Below are positions 46,244 through 55,654 of a DNA stretch of 64,000 bases, one piece after another. Source of the DNA: an uncultured Cytophagia bacterium (GTDB taxonomy: Bacteria; Zhuqueibacterota; Zhuqueibacteria; Residuimicrobiales; Krinioviventaceae); NCBI GenBank assembly GCA_964399735.1, contig CAYNSO010000001.1:85559-149558 (forward strand). Direction: 5' to 3'. The notes under the pieces were generated by a model. It did no database searches and was not told where the DNA came from. It worked only from the letters and a program-made list of their open reading frames with translations. The position numbers and the translations under genes were made by a program. Numbering within the stretch: the stretch's first letter is position 1; each line of letters opens with the position of its first letter.

Positions 46244-47476
46244 CTATTTTTTTGTCGGTTCTGCAATGGAATATACCATTAATGCATTACCGTGGCGAAC
46301 ATACAGCCTGCCATCCCGGATGACTGTATGCGCCCAATGCTGGTCGGCGCCTTTGGTGATCGGGAATTTACTGACAACCGTCCAGCTTGCCGGATCAGCT
46401 TTTACCAACGCCATTTCACCCTTTTCCGAATAACAATAAAACATACCGTCTGCATAAATAATATTGCCATTGCCTAACTCGCGGGACTGAAACTGGCTGA
46501 CGCCGTCTTCCCATTTCAATGCCTGCCAATGCCTTTTCCGGTCACCGGAACCATAAATATAACCATTCAATACTACAAAAGCGCTGGTTTTGGGATCAAG
46601 GGTTTTGTTTTTCCATACTTGAGTTACACTCTTGCCGTCAGCTGAAAGTTTAAGCATTACGCTACCGGTTCCATAACCACTGGCGCAATAGACATGACCG
46701 TTTTTATAAAAGGGGGTGTTTGGATTTATGTCCCAGTCAGTTTTATGCGGGTGAGACCAGTAAAATTCGCCGCTATCGGCATTTAAACAAACGATGGATT
46801 TCTGGGTCATGGTTAAAAACAGCCGCACATTATTATGTGTAACAATAACCGGCGAACAATAAGCGGAAGGTTCGCTGAAATTTGTACTTTTCCAGATTAA
46901 CTTGCCGCTCATTCTATCCAAAGCAATGATGCTGGCGTTCGCGCCACCAGAGTTAACAAATATACGGTTGCCGTCAACCAGCGGAGATTCGGCGATCCCC
47001 CAACGAATTACATTACCATTATAGGTTTTTACTGCGTCAACAGACCAAACCCGGTTGCCAGATGTAATATCAAAGCAAGATACAACGCCATAAGCGCTGA
47101 TTATATACAAGTGATTTCCAACTATGGTCGGTGTAGAGCGCGCGCCGGGATAATCTCCAGTCCATTCAGTACCATAAGCTTTTTTCCATAGTAACTTTCC
47201 ACTGGTGTTAAACGCAAATAAATAACCGGTTCCATCTATCATACCGGTAACAAAAACTTTATCGGCAGTCACAGCGGCAGATGAATGTCCCTGACCCAAA
47301 CCGTCAGCTTCCCACAATAAAGTTGGTCCGGTGGCTGGCCAGGTTTTCAATAAATTTTTATCCGGATACACACCGTCGCGGTTTGGGCCTCGCCATTGCG
47401 AATCGATTTGACCGGTAACCATGGATGCCAGAATCAGCATCCAGATAAATAAAAAAGCAATACGTTTTGTTTTCAA
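46244..47476 (-). CDS. Secreted PQQ/BamB-like beta-propeller (first gene of the block)
   Basis: Signal peptide MKTKRIAFLFIWMLILASMVTG. QWRGPNRDG motif. Blade motifs (CFDITSGNRVW, ALDRMSGKLIW, CLNADSGEFYW). C-terminal RDGRLYVRHGN. Confidence 0.8.
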   Translation of the reverse strand: MKTKRIAFLFIWMLILASMVTGQIDSQWRGPNRDGVYPDKNLLKTWPATGPTLLWEADGLGQGHSSAAVTADKVFVTGMIDGTGYLFAFNTSGKLLWKKAYGTEWTGDYPGARSTPTIVGNHLYIISAYGVVSCFDITSGNRVWSVDAVKTYNGNVIRWGIAESPLVDGNRIFVNSGGANASIIALDRMSGKLIWKSTNFSEPSAYCSPVIVTHNNVRLFLTMTQKSIVCLNADSGEFYWSHPHKTDWDINPNTPFYKNGHVYCASGYGTGSVMLKLSADGKSVTQVWKNKTLDPKTSAFVVLNGYIYGSGDRKRHWQALKWEDGVSQFQSRELGNGNIIYADGMFYCYSEKGEMALVKADPASWTVVSKFPITKGADQHWAHTVIRDGRLYVRHGNALMVYSIAEPTKK

Positions 47477-47723
47477 TTTTGTCTCCTGTAAATTGAGAAA
47501 TATAAACTATCTCTGCCGAAAGTAAAAGAAATACATTGTAAATTAATGTAAAATTGAACCGCTATGCCGTGTTTTACATTAAAATTATCTTGAAATAAAT
47601 CATTCCAACATGCGCAATAAAGTAGATAATATATTATATTTATATACTTTACATTTTGTGCAGATTGGCAATGAAAATTTATAGATTGTACAATAAACGT
47701 GAAAACCGGATCAAAGTTCCACT

Positions 47724-49112
47724 TTATTTTATGTGCGAAATAAGTTCAACTGCTAAAAGTAATTGCTCACGGACTGATTGCGTGCCCGTGCCCCCGCAAA
47801 TATTACGGCGGTTGATGGATTCGAGGGGATTGAATAACGTAAAAACATCCTGATCAAACAATGATGATATAGATTTCAAGTCATGCAAATCAATACTGGA
47901 AAGCGTTATATTTCTAGTTTCCGCCAGAGTGACCAGAGAACCAACCACGCTGTGCGCCTGACGAAACGGCATCCCCTTGCGCACCAGGTAATCGGCAACA
48001 TCTGTTGCATACAGCGCCGGATCGAGCGAGTCGATCATTTTTTGACGATTAATCACAAGAGTAGAGAATAATCCGTGCATAATTTGCAAGGATAATGTGG
48101 TATGGTGCAGGGCATCAAAAATTGGTTCTTTATCCTCCTGCAGGTCACGAACATACGCGGTCGGTATGCCTTTCATCAGGGTCAAACCAGTGACCAATTG
48201 TCCAACGACCCGCGCTGATTTACCGCGTACCAGTTCCAGCGAATCGGGATTCTTTTTTTGTGGCATCATACTGCTGCCGGTGGCATACTGTTCATCGATT
48301 TCAATATAGCGCAACGCTTCTGAAGACCAGATGATTAAATCCTCGGCGATACGCGAAAGGTGCAGCATGATCTGAGTACATACATACAATAATTCCAGTA
48401 CAAAATCGCGGTCGGAAGTTGCATCATAACTGTTTTCCGTGGGTGCATCGAAACCCAGTTCCCGGGCCAGTTTTTTCCGGTCAATAGCAAATGCCGCTCC
48501 GGCAATAGCCCCGGAGCCGAGCGGCATTTTGTTCATGCGTTTTCTGGCGGCCAGCAGACGGTCTTTATCGCGTTGAAGTTGAAAAAACAGGGCCAGAAAA
48601 TAATGTGCCAGGGAAACCGGCTGCGCCTGGCGCAAATGTGTTTGTCCCGGAAAGATCGTTTCGATATGCTGTTTGGCAGTCTCGACCAATACTGATTGCA
48701 AGTTGAGTACAGCATTCTGCAAGAGGTCAATCCTGTCTCGCAAATAGATGCGCAGGTCGGTAACCACCTGGTCATTACGACTGCGACCGGTATGGATACG
48801 AGCGCCCAAATCGCCGGTGCGCTCAGTCAGCCAGCGTTCATTAGCGGAATGGATATCCTCATCTGCCGAAGATACTGCAAGTGAACCGGCATGGAAATCC
48901 TGCTGAATGCTTTCTAAAGCTGCATTAATTTGCGCGGCTTCCCGGGCGGTATAGACGCCGGCATCAATCAGCGCCTGCGCCCAGGCTTTATTTACAGCTA
49001 TATCCGCATCGAACAGTTTTTGATCGTACGCAATTGAATAACTGAATTCTTCCATTAACGACGCGGTTTTTTGGCTGAACCGACCACCCCAGATCTTTAC
49101 CGGATTTTTCAT
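47724..49112 (-). CDS. argH: Argininosuccinate lyase
   Basis: KIWGGRFS N-terminus. Fumarate-lyase signature GSSMMPQKKNPD. Confidence 0.95.
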   Translation of the reverse strand: MKNPVKIWGGRFSQKTASLMEEFSYSIAYDQKLFDADIAVNKAWAQALIDAGVYTAREAAQINAALESIQQDFHAGSLAVSSADEDIHSANERWLTERTGDLGARIHTGRSRNDQVVTDLRIYLRDRIDLLQNAVLNLQSVLVETAKQHIETIFPGQTHLRQAQPVSLAHYFLALFFQLQRDKDRLLAARKRMNKMPLGSGAIAGAAFAIDRKKLARELGFDAPTENSYDATSDRDFVLELLYVCTQIMLHLSRIAEDLIIWSSEALRYIEIDEQYATGSSMMPQKKNPDSLELVRGKSARVVGQLVTGLTLMKGIPTAYVRDLQEDKEPIFDALHHTTLSLQIMHGLFSTLVINRQKMIDSLDPALYATDVADYLVRKGMPFRQAHSVVGSLVTLAETRNITLSSIDLHDLKSISSLFDQDVFTLFNPLESINRRNICGGTGTQSVREQLLLAVELISHIK

Positions 49113-49117
49113 TTTTA

Positions 49118-50377
49118 TTAATCCCTTTTAAATATCGTATAATCGGGTTCGTCATAGCCGGCTTTGCGGCCCCAATCCATTTCAACCAACGAACGTACCT
49201 TGATCGGCAGCCCGAACAAATTAATAAATCCCTTGGCATCGGTTTGGTCATAAACATCTTCCTTGCCAAAAGTCGCCAGTTCTTCACGATATAGCGAATA
49301 GGGTGATTTTACACCAGCAGACATTACATTGCCCTTATATAATTTAAATCGTACCGAGCCGGTAACATTTTGCTGTGTCGATTCCATAAAAGCATCGAGA
49401 GCCTCGCGTAAAGGCGTATACCATTCTCCGTAATAAACCAGTTCGGCATACTTGGGCGCCAGCATCTCTTTAAAGTGCATAATTTCACGATCCAGCACCA
49501 AACTTTCCAGTTCCTGGTGAGCGCGGTAAAGAATTGTACCGGCAGGGCACTCATATACGCCGCGTGATTTCATACCAACCAGGCGGTTTTCAACCAGATC
49601 AATTCTACCTATGGCGTTTTCGCCGCCGATGACGTTGAGTAACTGCACAAGCTGCACAGAATCCATGCGCGATCCATTAACAGCAATGGGCACGCCTTTG
49701 TAGAATTCAATTTCAACAAGAGTTGGTTTGTCCGGCGCTTGCTGCGGGGATTTGGTCATAACAAACATTTCATCTTTGGGTGCGTTCCATGGGTTTTCCA
49801 GGTCGCCGCCTTCATGACTGATGTGCCAGATATTGCGGTCGTTGCTGTATATTTTTTCTTTCGATACTGTTATCGGCACCTGGCGTTCTTCGGCGTAGGC
49901 AATTGCATCTTCGCGGGAGCGGATGTTCCACTCGCGCCAGGGAGCAATAACCCGTAATTTTGGGTTGAACGCCTTGTAGGTCAGTTCAAATCGTACCTGG
50001 TCATTTCCTTTACCGGTGCAGCCATGCGCCACAGCATCGGCGCCTTCGGCATTGGCAATTTCAACCTGACGTTTGGCAATTATCGGCCGTGCGAATGAAG
50101 TACCTAACAGGTATTTTTCTTCATAAACAGCCCCGGCTTTTAGTGTGGGCCAGATAAATTCTTCAACAAATGGTTTCCGTAAATCTTCAATATAGCATTT
50201 ACTGGCGCCGGTAGCAATAGCTTTTTCTTCAAGGCCATTCAATTCCTGGCCTTGACCCAAATCAGCGGCAAAAGCTATTACTTCGCAGCCGTAATTTTCC
50301 TTGAGCCAGGGAATGATGATTGACGTATCGAGACCACCGGAATAAGCAAGTACAACCTTTTTTACTTTCTGTGTCAT
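49118..50377 (-). CDS. argG: Argininosuccinate synthase
   Basis: ATP-PPase motif [22 protein letters not shown]. Confidence 0.96.
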   Translation of the reverse strand: MTQKVKKVVLAYSGGLDTSIIIPWLKENYGCEVIAFAADLGQGQELNGLEEKAIATGASKCYIEDLRKPFVEEFIWPTLKAGAVYEEKYLLGTSFARPIIAKRQVEIANAEGADAVAHGCTGKGNDQVRFELTYKAFNPKLRVIAPWREWNIRSREDAIAYAEERQVPITVSKEKIYSNDRNIWHISHEGGDLENPWNAPKDEMFVMTKSPQQAPDKPTLVEIEFYKGVPIAVNGSRMDSVQLVQLLNVIGGENAIGRIDLVENRLVGMKSRGVYECPAGTILYRAHQELESLVLDREIMHFKEMLAPKYAELVYYGEWYTPLREALDAFMESTQQNVTGSVRFKLYKGNVMSAGVKSPYSLYREELATFGKEDVYDQTDAKGFINLFGLPIKVRSLVEMDWGRKAGYDEPDYTIFKRD

Positions 50378-50438
50378 TTTTTACTCCACTTTAAAATGAT
50401 AATAAATTTAATCCGTTAATACAAATTTTCAATAATAT

Positions 50439-52280
50439 TCAAGTTAATATTTTTTCATCCGGATGAAAATAATCGTAAATTTGCTGTGCCATTTTGAGAG
50501 ACAAACCCGGGACTGTGGATAACTCTTGAGCGGAAGCATGTTTGACGTTTTTAACCGAGCCAAAAGTTTTTAGTATTTGCTCCCTCCTGCCGGCGCCAAT
50601 TCCGGGAATTTTTTCCAAAACTGAGGACAGGGTTTGTTTACCCCGCAAGCTGCGGTGATAGGTTACAGCAAAACGATGTGATTCATCACGCACACGCTGT
50701 AAAAGTTTAAGGGCCGATGAATCACGCCGAATGTTTTGCGCTTCGGCGATGCCGGGTATAAATACTTCATCCAGCCGTTTTGCCAGTGAAATGATTGGCT
50801 GGTTTTTAATATTCAGTTTTTCCAGAGCGGAGGTAGCAGCGCCAAGCTGCCCTTTGCCGCCGTCGATCAGGATCAGATCCGGCATGGGCTTATTTTCTTT
50901 TTGCAAACGAGAATAGCGTCGGAAAACCGCTTCATGCATCATGGCAAAGTCGTCCGGGGTTTCTTTGATGCGAATTTTAAAACGCCGGTATTCCGCTTTT
51001 GCCGCCTTGCCGTTAATAAAACATACCATCGATGCAACCGGATTTGTGCCCTGGATGTTGGATATATCAAAGCCTTCAATACGCCTGGGAATAACCGATA
51101 ATTGAAGAGCTTCCTGCAAGGCTTTTACAGAACCGGCAATAAAGTCACGGTTTTTATTTTTTTGCAACAGCAGTTCATCAAGCAGCAAACGGGCATTTTT
51201 TGCGCACATTTCCAGTAATTTTGCCCGGTCATCATTTTGGGGGATTATAATCTGCAGCGAACCTGCTCGCTTTTGCGCCAGCCAGTTGGCAACAATTTCC
51301 TGGTCATCAATGGCAATCGGTACCACAATTTCTTGTGGAACAAAATCTGCTTTGATATAATACAGCTTGATAAAGGTATTGAGAATGGAACCGACAGGTT
51401 CATCCAGAACATTATCAAGGTAAAAATGCTGCCGACCGGTGATTTTACCATCCCGAACTTTGAATATAACACAGCAGGCGTCATTATCGGTTTGGGCTAC
51501 AGCAATTAAATCGCGGTCGGCCAGTTCCTGGTCGAGTACTTTTTGCTGCTGTTTAAAAAGCGCAAAAGATTTTAATTGATCGCGCAGCCGGGCTGCTTCT
51601 TCAAATTTTAATTCACCGGCCAGGATTTTTATTTGTGCGACCAGGTCTTCTTCAATCCGGGTAGTTCGACCCTGAATGAGTTTGATGGCATTTTCAATGA
51701 CCCGGTTATATTCCTGCTGCGAAACCAGGCCTTCGCATGGGCCATGACACCGTTTAATGTGAAAATCCAGGCATACTTTGAATTTTCCTTTATGGATCAG
51801 TTCATCGGTCAAATTATAATTACAGGAACGCACCGGAAAGATGCGCTTGATGGCTTTTATAGTGGTGCGCAGTGAATAAACGTCAGTATATGGGCCGAAA
51901 TAGCGTGAGCCATCACGCACCATTTTACGGGTTGGAAAAATTCGTGGATAAGGCTCATTGGTTACACGGATATAGGGAAAACTTTTATCGTCCTTGAGAT
52001 TGATATTATAACGCGGTTTATTCTCTTTGATCAGGTTGGCTTCAAGGATCAATGCTTCCATTTCTGAATCGGTGACAATTGTTTCCACATCATGCACCCG
52101 TGATACCATACGCAATGTTTTAACGCCGGGCGTGCGGCTTGCCTGGAAATAAGAACGCACCCGATTACGCAGGATTTTCGCTTTGCCGATATAGATGATC
52201 TCCCCTTCTTTATCCCGAAAAATATAAACTCCGGGCTTTTGAGGAAGATTTTGAAGCTTTTCCTGCAAATCAATCGTCAT
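50439..52280 (-). CDS. uvrC: Excinuclease ABC subunit C
   Basis: GIY-YIG N-terminus (PGVYIFRD..GEIIYIGKA). UvrBC-interaction region, RNase-H-like endonuclease domain and C-terminal (HhH)2. Confidence 0.96.
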   Translation of the reverse strand: MTIDLQEKLQNLPQKPGVYIFRDKEGEIIYIGKAKILRNRVRSYFQASRTPGVKTLRMVSRVHDVETIVTDSEMEALILEANLIKENKPRYNINLKDDKSFPYIRVTNEPYPRIFPTRKMVRDGSRYFGPYTDVYSLRTTIKAIKRIFPVRSCNYNLTDELIHKGKFKVCLDFHIKRCHGPCEGLVSQQEYNRVIENAIKLIQGRTTRIEEDLVAQIKILAGELKFEEAARLRDQLKSFALFKQQQKVLDQELADRDLIAVAQTDNDACCVIFKVRDGKITGRQHFYLDNVLDEPVGSILNTFIKLYYIKADFVPQEIVVPIAIDDQEIVANWLAQKRAGSLQIIIPQNDDRAKLLEMCAKNARLLLDELLLQKNKNRDFIAGSVKALQEALQLSVIPRRIEGFDISNIQGTNPVASMVCFINGKAAKAEYRRFKIRIKETPDDFAMMHEAVFRRYSRLQKENKPMPDLILIDGGKGQLGAATSALEKLNIKNQPIISLAKRLDEVFIPGIAEAQNIRRDSSALKLLQRVRDESHRFAVTYHRSLRGKQTLSSVLEKIPGIGAGRREQILKTFGSVKNVKHASAQELSTVPGLSLKMAQQIYDYFHPDEKILT

Positions 52281-52293
52281 ATCCAGATCCGGT

Positions 52294-52788
52294 TTAAAAT
52301 TTTTCCCAGTGGATAACTGTATCCAAAGACCGTTTTTCCCTGGGCTCTGTTATTTGCAACGGATAACCGACTGGAATTAATGCGACCAGTTTTAAGTTTT
52401 CCGGAACCTGAAGAATAGAACTGATTTGGCCGGCATACTTTTTTTTATCCCCGGCAACCCAGCAGGCGCCCAAATTGAGCGCAGTTGCTGCCAGCAAAAT
52501 ATTTTCCACAGCAGCGCAGCCATCTTCAAGATAGTATTTGGTATCATTACAAAATACAACAATACAGGCTGGCGCATCCTTAATAAATTGACCATGATCG
52601 GTTTCTGCGGCAAGCGCAGATAAAGTTTTGCGCTCGGTTATTACAACAAACTCCCACGGTTGTATATTATTTGCTGTAGGAGCTTTACGGCCGGCATTGA
52701 TGACAATTTCCAGCATTTCACGCGGCACCTTTTTATCAGTAAACTTGCGTACACTGGTACGTTTGTTCAAAGCAGTAAAAAAATCCAT
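52294..52788 (-). CDS. Nitroreductase-family FMN oxidoreductase
   Basis: RTSVRKF, APTANNIQPWEF and the typical ~165-aa length. Start at ATG 52788 (MDFFTALNKR). Confidence 0.85.
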   Translation of the reverse strand: MDFFTALNKRTSVRKFTDKKVPREMLEIVINAGRKAPTANNIQPWEFVVITERKTLSALAAETDHGQFIKDAPACIVVFCNDTKYYLEDGCAAVENILLAATALNLGACWVAGDKKKYAGQISSILQVPENLKLVALIPVGYPLQITEPREKRSLDTVIHWEKF

Positions 52789-52927
52789 TTTTGGGACCAC
52801 CTGTATTAGAAAATTTGACTGATTATTACCATACAATTCGGCGCAGGACGAATCCAAAAAAGTTCAGCCGAATGGATTGAGATTTTTTATTAAGGTAATT
52901 TATAAAAAAAATTCAAAAAAAACATAT

Positions 52928-52961
52928 TAAAAAAGGCCGTTTCAAAAAACCTGAAACGACC
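52928..52961 (-). terminator. Rho-independent terminator after the ClpX-like gene
   Basis: GGCCGTTTCA (52935-52944) / TGAAACGACC (52952-52961) pairs at 9 of 10 positions with a 7-nt loop. On the minus strand it is followed by TTTTTT. Confidence 0.7.
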
Positions 52962-52989
52962 TTGCGGTTATTAGTAATGTAACAATTTT

Positions 52990-54531
52990 TTATTTTTTTT
53001 CATACGTTTTTTTTATCAGTTCTTCCAGACGCTTTTTGGGTTCCCGGACAATGGATTCATCGACGGTAAATTCTTCACACCCCAGCAAACGCAAACCATA
53101 CTCGTAATCGCGCAGCATGTTGGTGCATTCTTCTTCCAGGGTTATTTCATTTTTTTGGGCCATTGCTTTAAGCAATTTTATTGCCTCTTTTGTAAAAACA
53201 ATAACAATACCATTTGTTAACAGAAAACGTTTCTGGAATTTTTTAATGTAATAGCCGGTCAATATTTTATCGAGTTCTTCATGCGGCTTTTCGATCATCT
53301 TTTCGGTAAAATGTAATTCCTGAATTTCCGTATCAGGAAGAATTTTTTCATACCGCAGCATCAGGCGGTCGATAACGCTCACCAGACCACGCGCGCCGGT
53401 TTGTTCCTGGTAAGCCATTTCTGCAATTTTCCGCAAGGAACTGTCTTCAAATTGTATATCGATCCCGTATGCAGTAAAATCCCGTTTTTTACCCTGGATC
53501 ACAGAACTATTGGCGCTATTCAGAATCTGGTACAATCCTTCCACATCCAGTGAATTCAGGGTGACGACTACCGGTAAACGGCCTATGAATTCAGATTCAA
53601 ATCCAAACTTGATCAAATCTTCAGTTTTAACTTTTTTCAATACTTGAACAGCATCAGCCGGATTTACTAGTTGCAGGTTATCGGATTGAAAGCCGATGGG
53701 CTGCTGGTTAAGCCGGCGTTTGATAATATCGGTTAATTGAAAAAAAGCGCCGCTCATCACAAACAGAATGTTTCTCGTATTGATTTTTTTGCGGGTCACC
53801 TTACCGGTTCGCTGCGCTTCCATGGCCGCTTCCATTTGTGCCGCCAAATCATGCGGGGTTTTCAAATCAACCTCAGCTTCTTCCATCAGTTTCAACAGGT
53901 TGCGCTGCACGCCGCCGCGTGACACATCCGGGCCATAACCATTACCGGATGAGGCAATTTTATCAATTTCATCCAGGTAGATGATTCCATACTCGGCAAT
54001 GGATATATCACCATTCGCTTCATGCACCAGGTTACGCACCAGGTCCTCTACATCACCGCCAACATAACCGGTTTCACTGAATTTGGTGGCATCGCCTTTA
54101 ACAAACGGTACGCCAATCTTTTTGGCAATCAGCTTGAGCAAATAGGTTTTACCAACACCGGTTGGACCGATCATCAATACATTACTTTTTATATTGCCAA
54201 CAAGCTCTACGGCTTCAGGATGGTTTTTTTCATACCTCATGCGATTGAAATGGGTACAAATTTTTGTAGACAGTATTTCCAGCGCTTCATCCTGACCAAC
54301 AACATATTTTTTTAAATAATTTTCCAGTTCGGTCGGTTTGAGATCGAAATTTATTTTTAAGGTTTCTTTTTTTCCTTCATTTGGCACACCCGGTTCGGAA
54401 CCGACAGCATTGGGTTCAGGGGGAATAATGACATTTTTACCATATTTTTCTTTTAAGAATTCCGCTACGTCCCGCTGTAATTCTTCCGGAGTAGGTATTT
54501 TCGTGTTTTCAGCTTTCATGTAATTCCTCAA
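52990..54531 (-). CDS. ClpX-like AAA+ unfoldase lacking the N-terminal zinc ribbon and carrying a C-terminal extension
   Basis: Walker A GPTGVGKTY, pore-1 loop TGYVGGDVE, Walker B IIYLDEIDK, IGF-loop-like QPIGFQS, sensor-2 GARGL. There is no Cys in the first ~90 aa. Confidence 0.8.
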   Translation of the reverse strand: MRNYMKAENTKIPTPEELQRDVAEFLKEKYGKNVIIPPEPNAVGSEPGVPNEGKKETLKINFDLKPTELENYLKKYVVGQDEALEILSTKICTHFNRMRYEKNHPEAVELVGNIKSNVLMIGPTGVGKTYLLKLIAKKIGVPFVKGDATKFSETGYVGGDVEDLVRNLVHEANGDISIAEYGIIYLDEIDKIASSGNGYGPDVSRGGVQRNLLKLMEEAEVDLKTPHDLAAQMEAAMEAQRTGKVTRKKINTRNILFVMSGAFFQLTDIIKRRLNQQPIGFQSDNLQLVNPADAVQVLKKVKTEDLIKFGFESEFIGRLPVVVTLNSLDVEGLYQILNSANSSVIQGKKRDFTAYGIDIQFEDSSLRKIAEMAYQEQTGARGLVSVIDRLMLRYEKILPDTEIQELHFTEKMIEKPHEELDKILTGYYIKKFQKRFLLTNGIVIVFTKEAIKLLKAMAQKNEITLEEECTNMLRDYEYGLRLLGCEEFTVDESIVREPKKRLEELIKKTYEKK

Positions 54532-54802
54532 TTAACAAAACTAAAGATCAAGTTATGAAACCAATCTATTGCAAATTCTATTCCAGTATTTGTTGATTGT
54601 ATAAATCAGCTTAAATTATTAATTTTTATGATATTATCTTTTTAACCAGGTTTCTAAACCATTGTCATTATGGCACAAGTATGAAAAAAAGGCAGTCATT
54701 TTTGTATATGTGTATACTAGTAGTACGTTTAGCAGGCTAAATCGTTCCAGGAAATTTTATAAAGTCAGCTGCAAAAAAAGCGAGCTCCAGGTTATACCAT
54801 CA

Positions 54803-55654
54803 TCAAATAAACAGCAGACTGACATCAAAATTAGGGGCAGAATGGGTAAGCGCACCAATGGAAATATAATCGACCCCGGTGGCGGCAATTTCTGCTACCC
54901 TTTCCAGAGTGACATTACCGGATGCTTCAAGAGGAATACGGCCATGAACAAGGGCTACGCATTCACGCATTTGCATAATGGTCATGTTATCCAGCATAAT
55001 TCGTTCTACATTCAATTGCAACGCTTCCTCAACTTGTTGCAGGTTTCCGGTTTCAACCTCGATTGGCGCGGAAAATTTGTTTTTTTGCATATATTCCCTA
55101 CATGCCAGTACCGCGTTGGTAATCCCACCGGCGGCAGAGATATGGTTTTCTTTGATGAGGAACATATCGTACAAACCGATACGGTGGTTGTCTCCCCCGC
55201 CACACTGCACCGCGTATTTTTCCAGCAGCCGCATTCCTGGAATGGTTTTGCGGGTGTCAAGAATCCGGGCGCGGGTTTTGTTAACCTGTCCGACAAACTT
55301 GTGGGTCAGGGTGGCAATTCCGGAAAGCCGGCCAAAAAAATTTAAAGCGGTGCGTTCTCCCAATAGAATAACCTCAGCAGGGCCAGTAATGCTGGCAATA
55401 ATGTCCGGCTTGTTGACAAATGTTCCATCATCTAACTGGTTTAGTATAGAAATTGAAGGATCAAGCGTTGTGAAAACCAGCCCGGCAATGTCTACACCGG
55501 CAATAACTCCGCTTTGTTTGGCAATAATATTTGCCGTCATAACCTTGTTAACCGGACAGGTTGCCTGGGTTGTAATATCGCCACGCCGTCCGAGGTCTTC
55601 TTTCAGCGCCTGACGAATCAGCTTGCGGAAATTTTCGAGTAACTTTTTATCCAT
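54803..55654 (-). CDS. nadC: Nicotinate-nucleotide pyrophosphorylase (quinolinate phosphoribosyltransferase)
   Basis: LKEDLG..GDITT, ERTALNF, DTRKT.PG.R, KYAV.CGGG.NHR and LDNM motifs. Start at ATG 55654 (8-nt overlap with the upstream gene). Confidence 0.93.
   Translation of the reverse strand: MDKKLLENFRKLIRQALKEDLGRRGDITTQATCPVNKVMTANIIAKQSGVIAGVDIAGLVFTTLDPSISILNQLDDGTFVNKPDIIASITGPAEVILLGERTALNFFGRLSGIATLTHKFVGQVNKTRARILDTRKTIPGMRLLEKYAVQCGGGDNHRIGLYDMFLIKENHISAAGGITNAVLACREYMQKNKFSAPIEVETGNLQQVEEALQLNVERIMLDNMTIMQMRECVALVHGRIPLEASGNVTLERVAEIAATGVDYISIGALTHSAPNFDVSLLFI

Noticed and set aside
28085-47476. Annotating the block as a nap, nos, nrf or [FeFe]-hydrogenase operon because of the NapG/H-like and HydB/C-like genes
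   Set aside because: I saw no molybdopterin N-terminal Cys motif, no NosZ-like histidine-rich or CuA motifs, no periplasmic CXXCH cytochrome and no H-cluster signatures (TSCCPxW, MPCxxKxxE and similar) in any of the 14 ORFs. The CCNP motif in the NHL protein sits in a beta-propeller context, not a hydrogenase one. The one CXXCH (CIQCH) is part of a ferredoxin CX2CX2CX3CP motif.
33401-47476. Calling the five propellers genuine PQQ-dependent dehydrogenases
   Set aside because: At 384-569 aa including anchors they are shorter than typical quinoprotein dehydrogenases. They show only the generic blade motif that is shared with BamB. No pqqABCDE genes are in the window. I kept the neutral label PQQ/BamB-like, but PQQ binding cannot be excluded from sequence alone.
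47532-47655. TACATT hexamers (47532, 47575 and 47650, plus an inverted AATGTA at 47545) upstream of the first propeller gene, as a possible operator array
   Set aside because: An AT-rich hexamer recurring three or four times in a 250-nt AT-rich spacer is expected by chance. The spacing is irregular (43 and 75 nt).
54662-55613. Plus-strand ORFs of 227 aa and 211 aa overlapping nadC
   Set aside because: They are antisense to a full-length nadC with canonical motifs, so they are spurious shadow ORFs.
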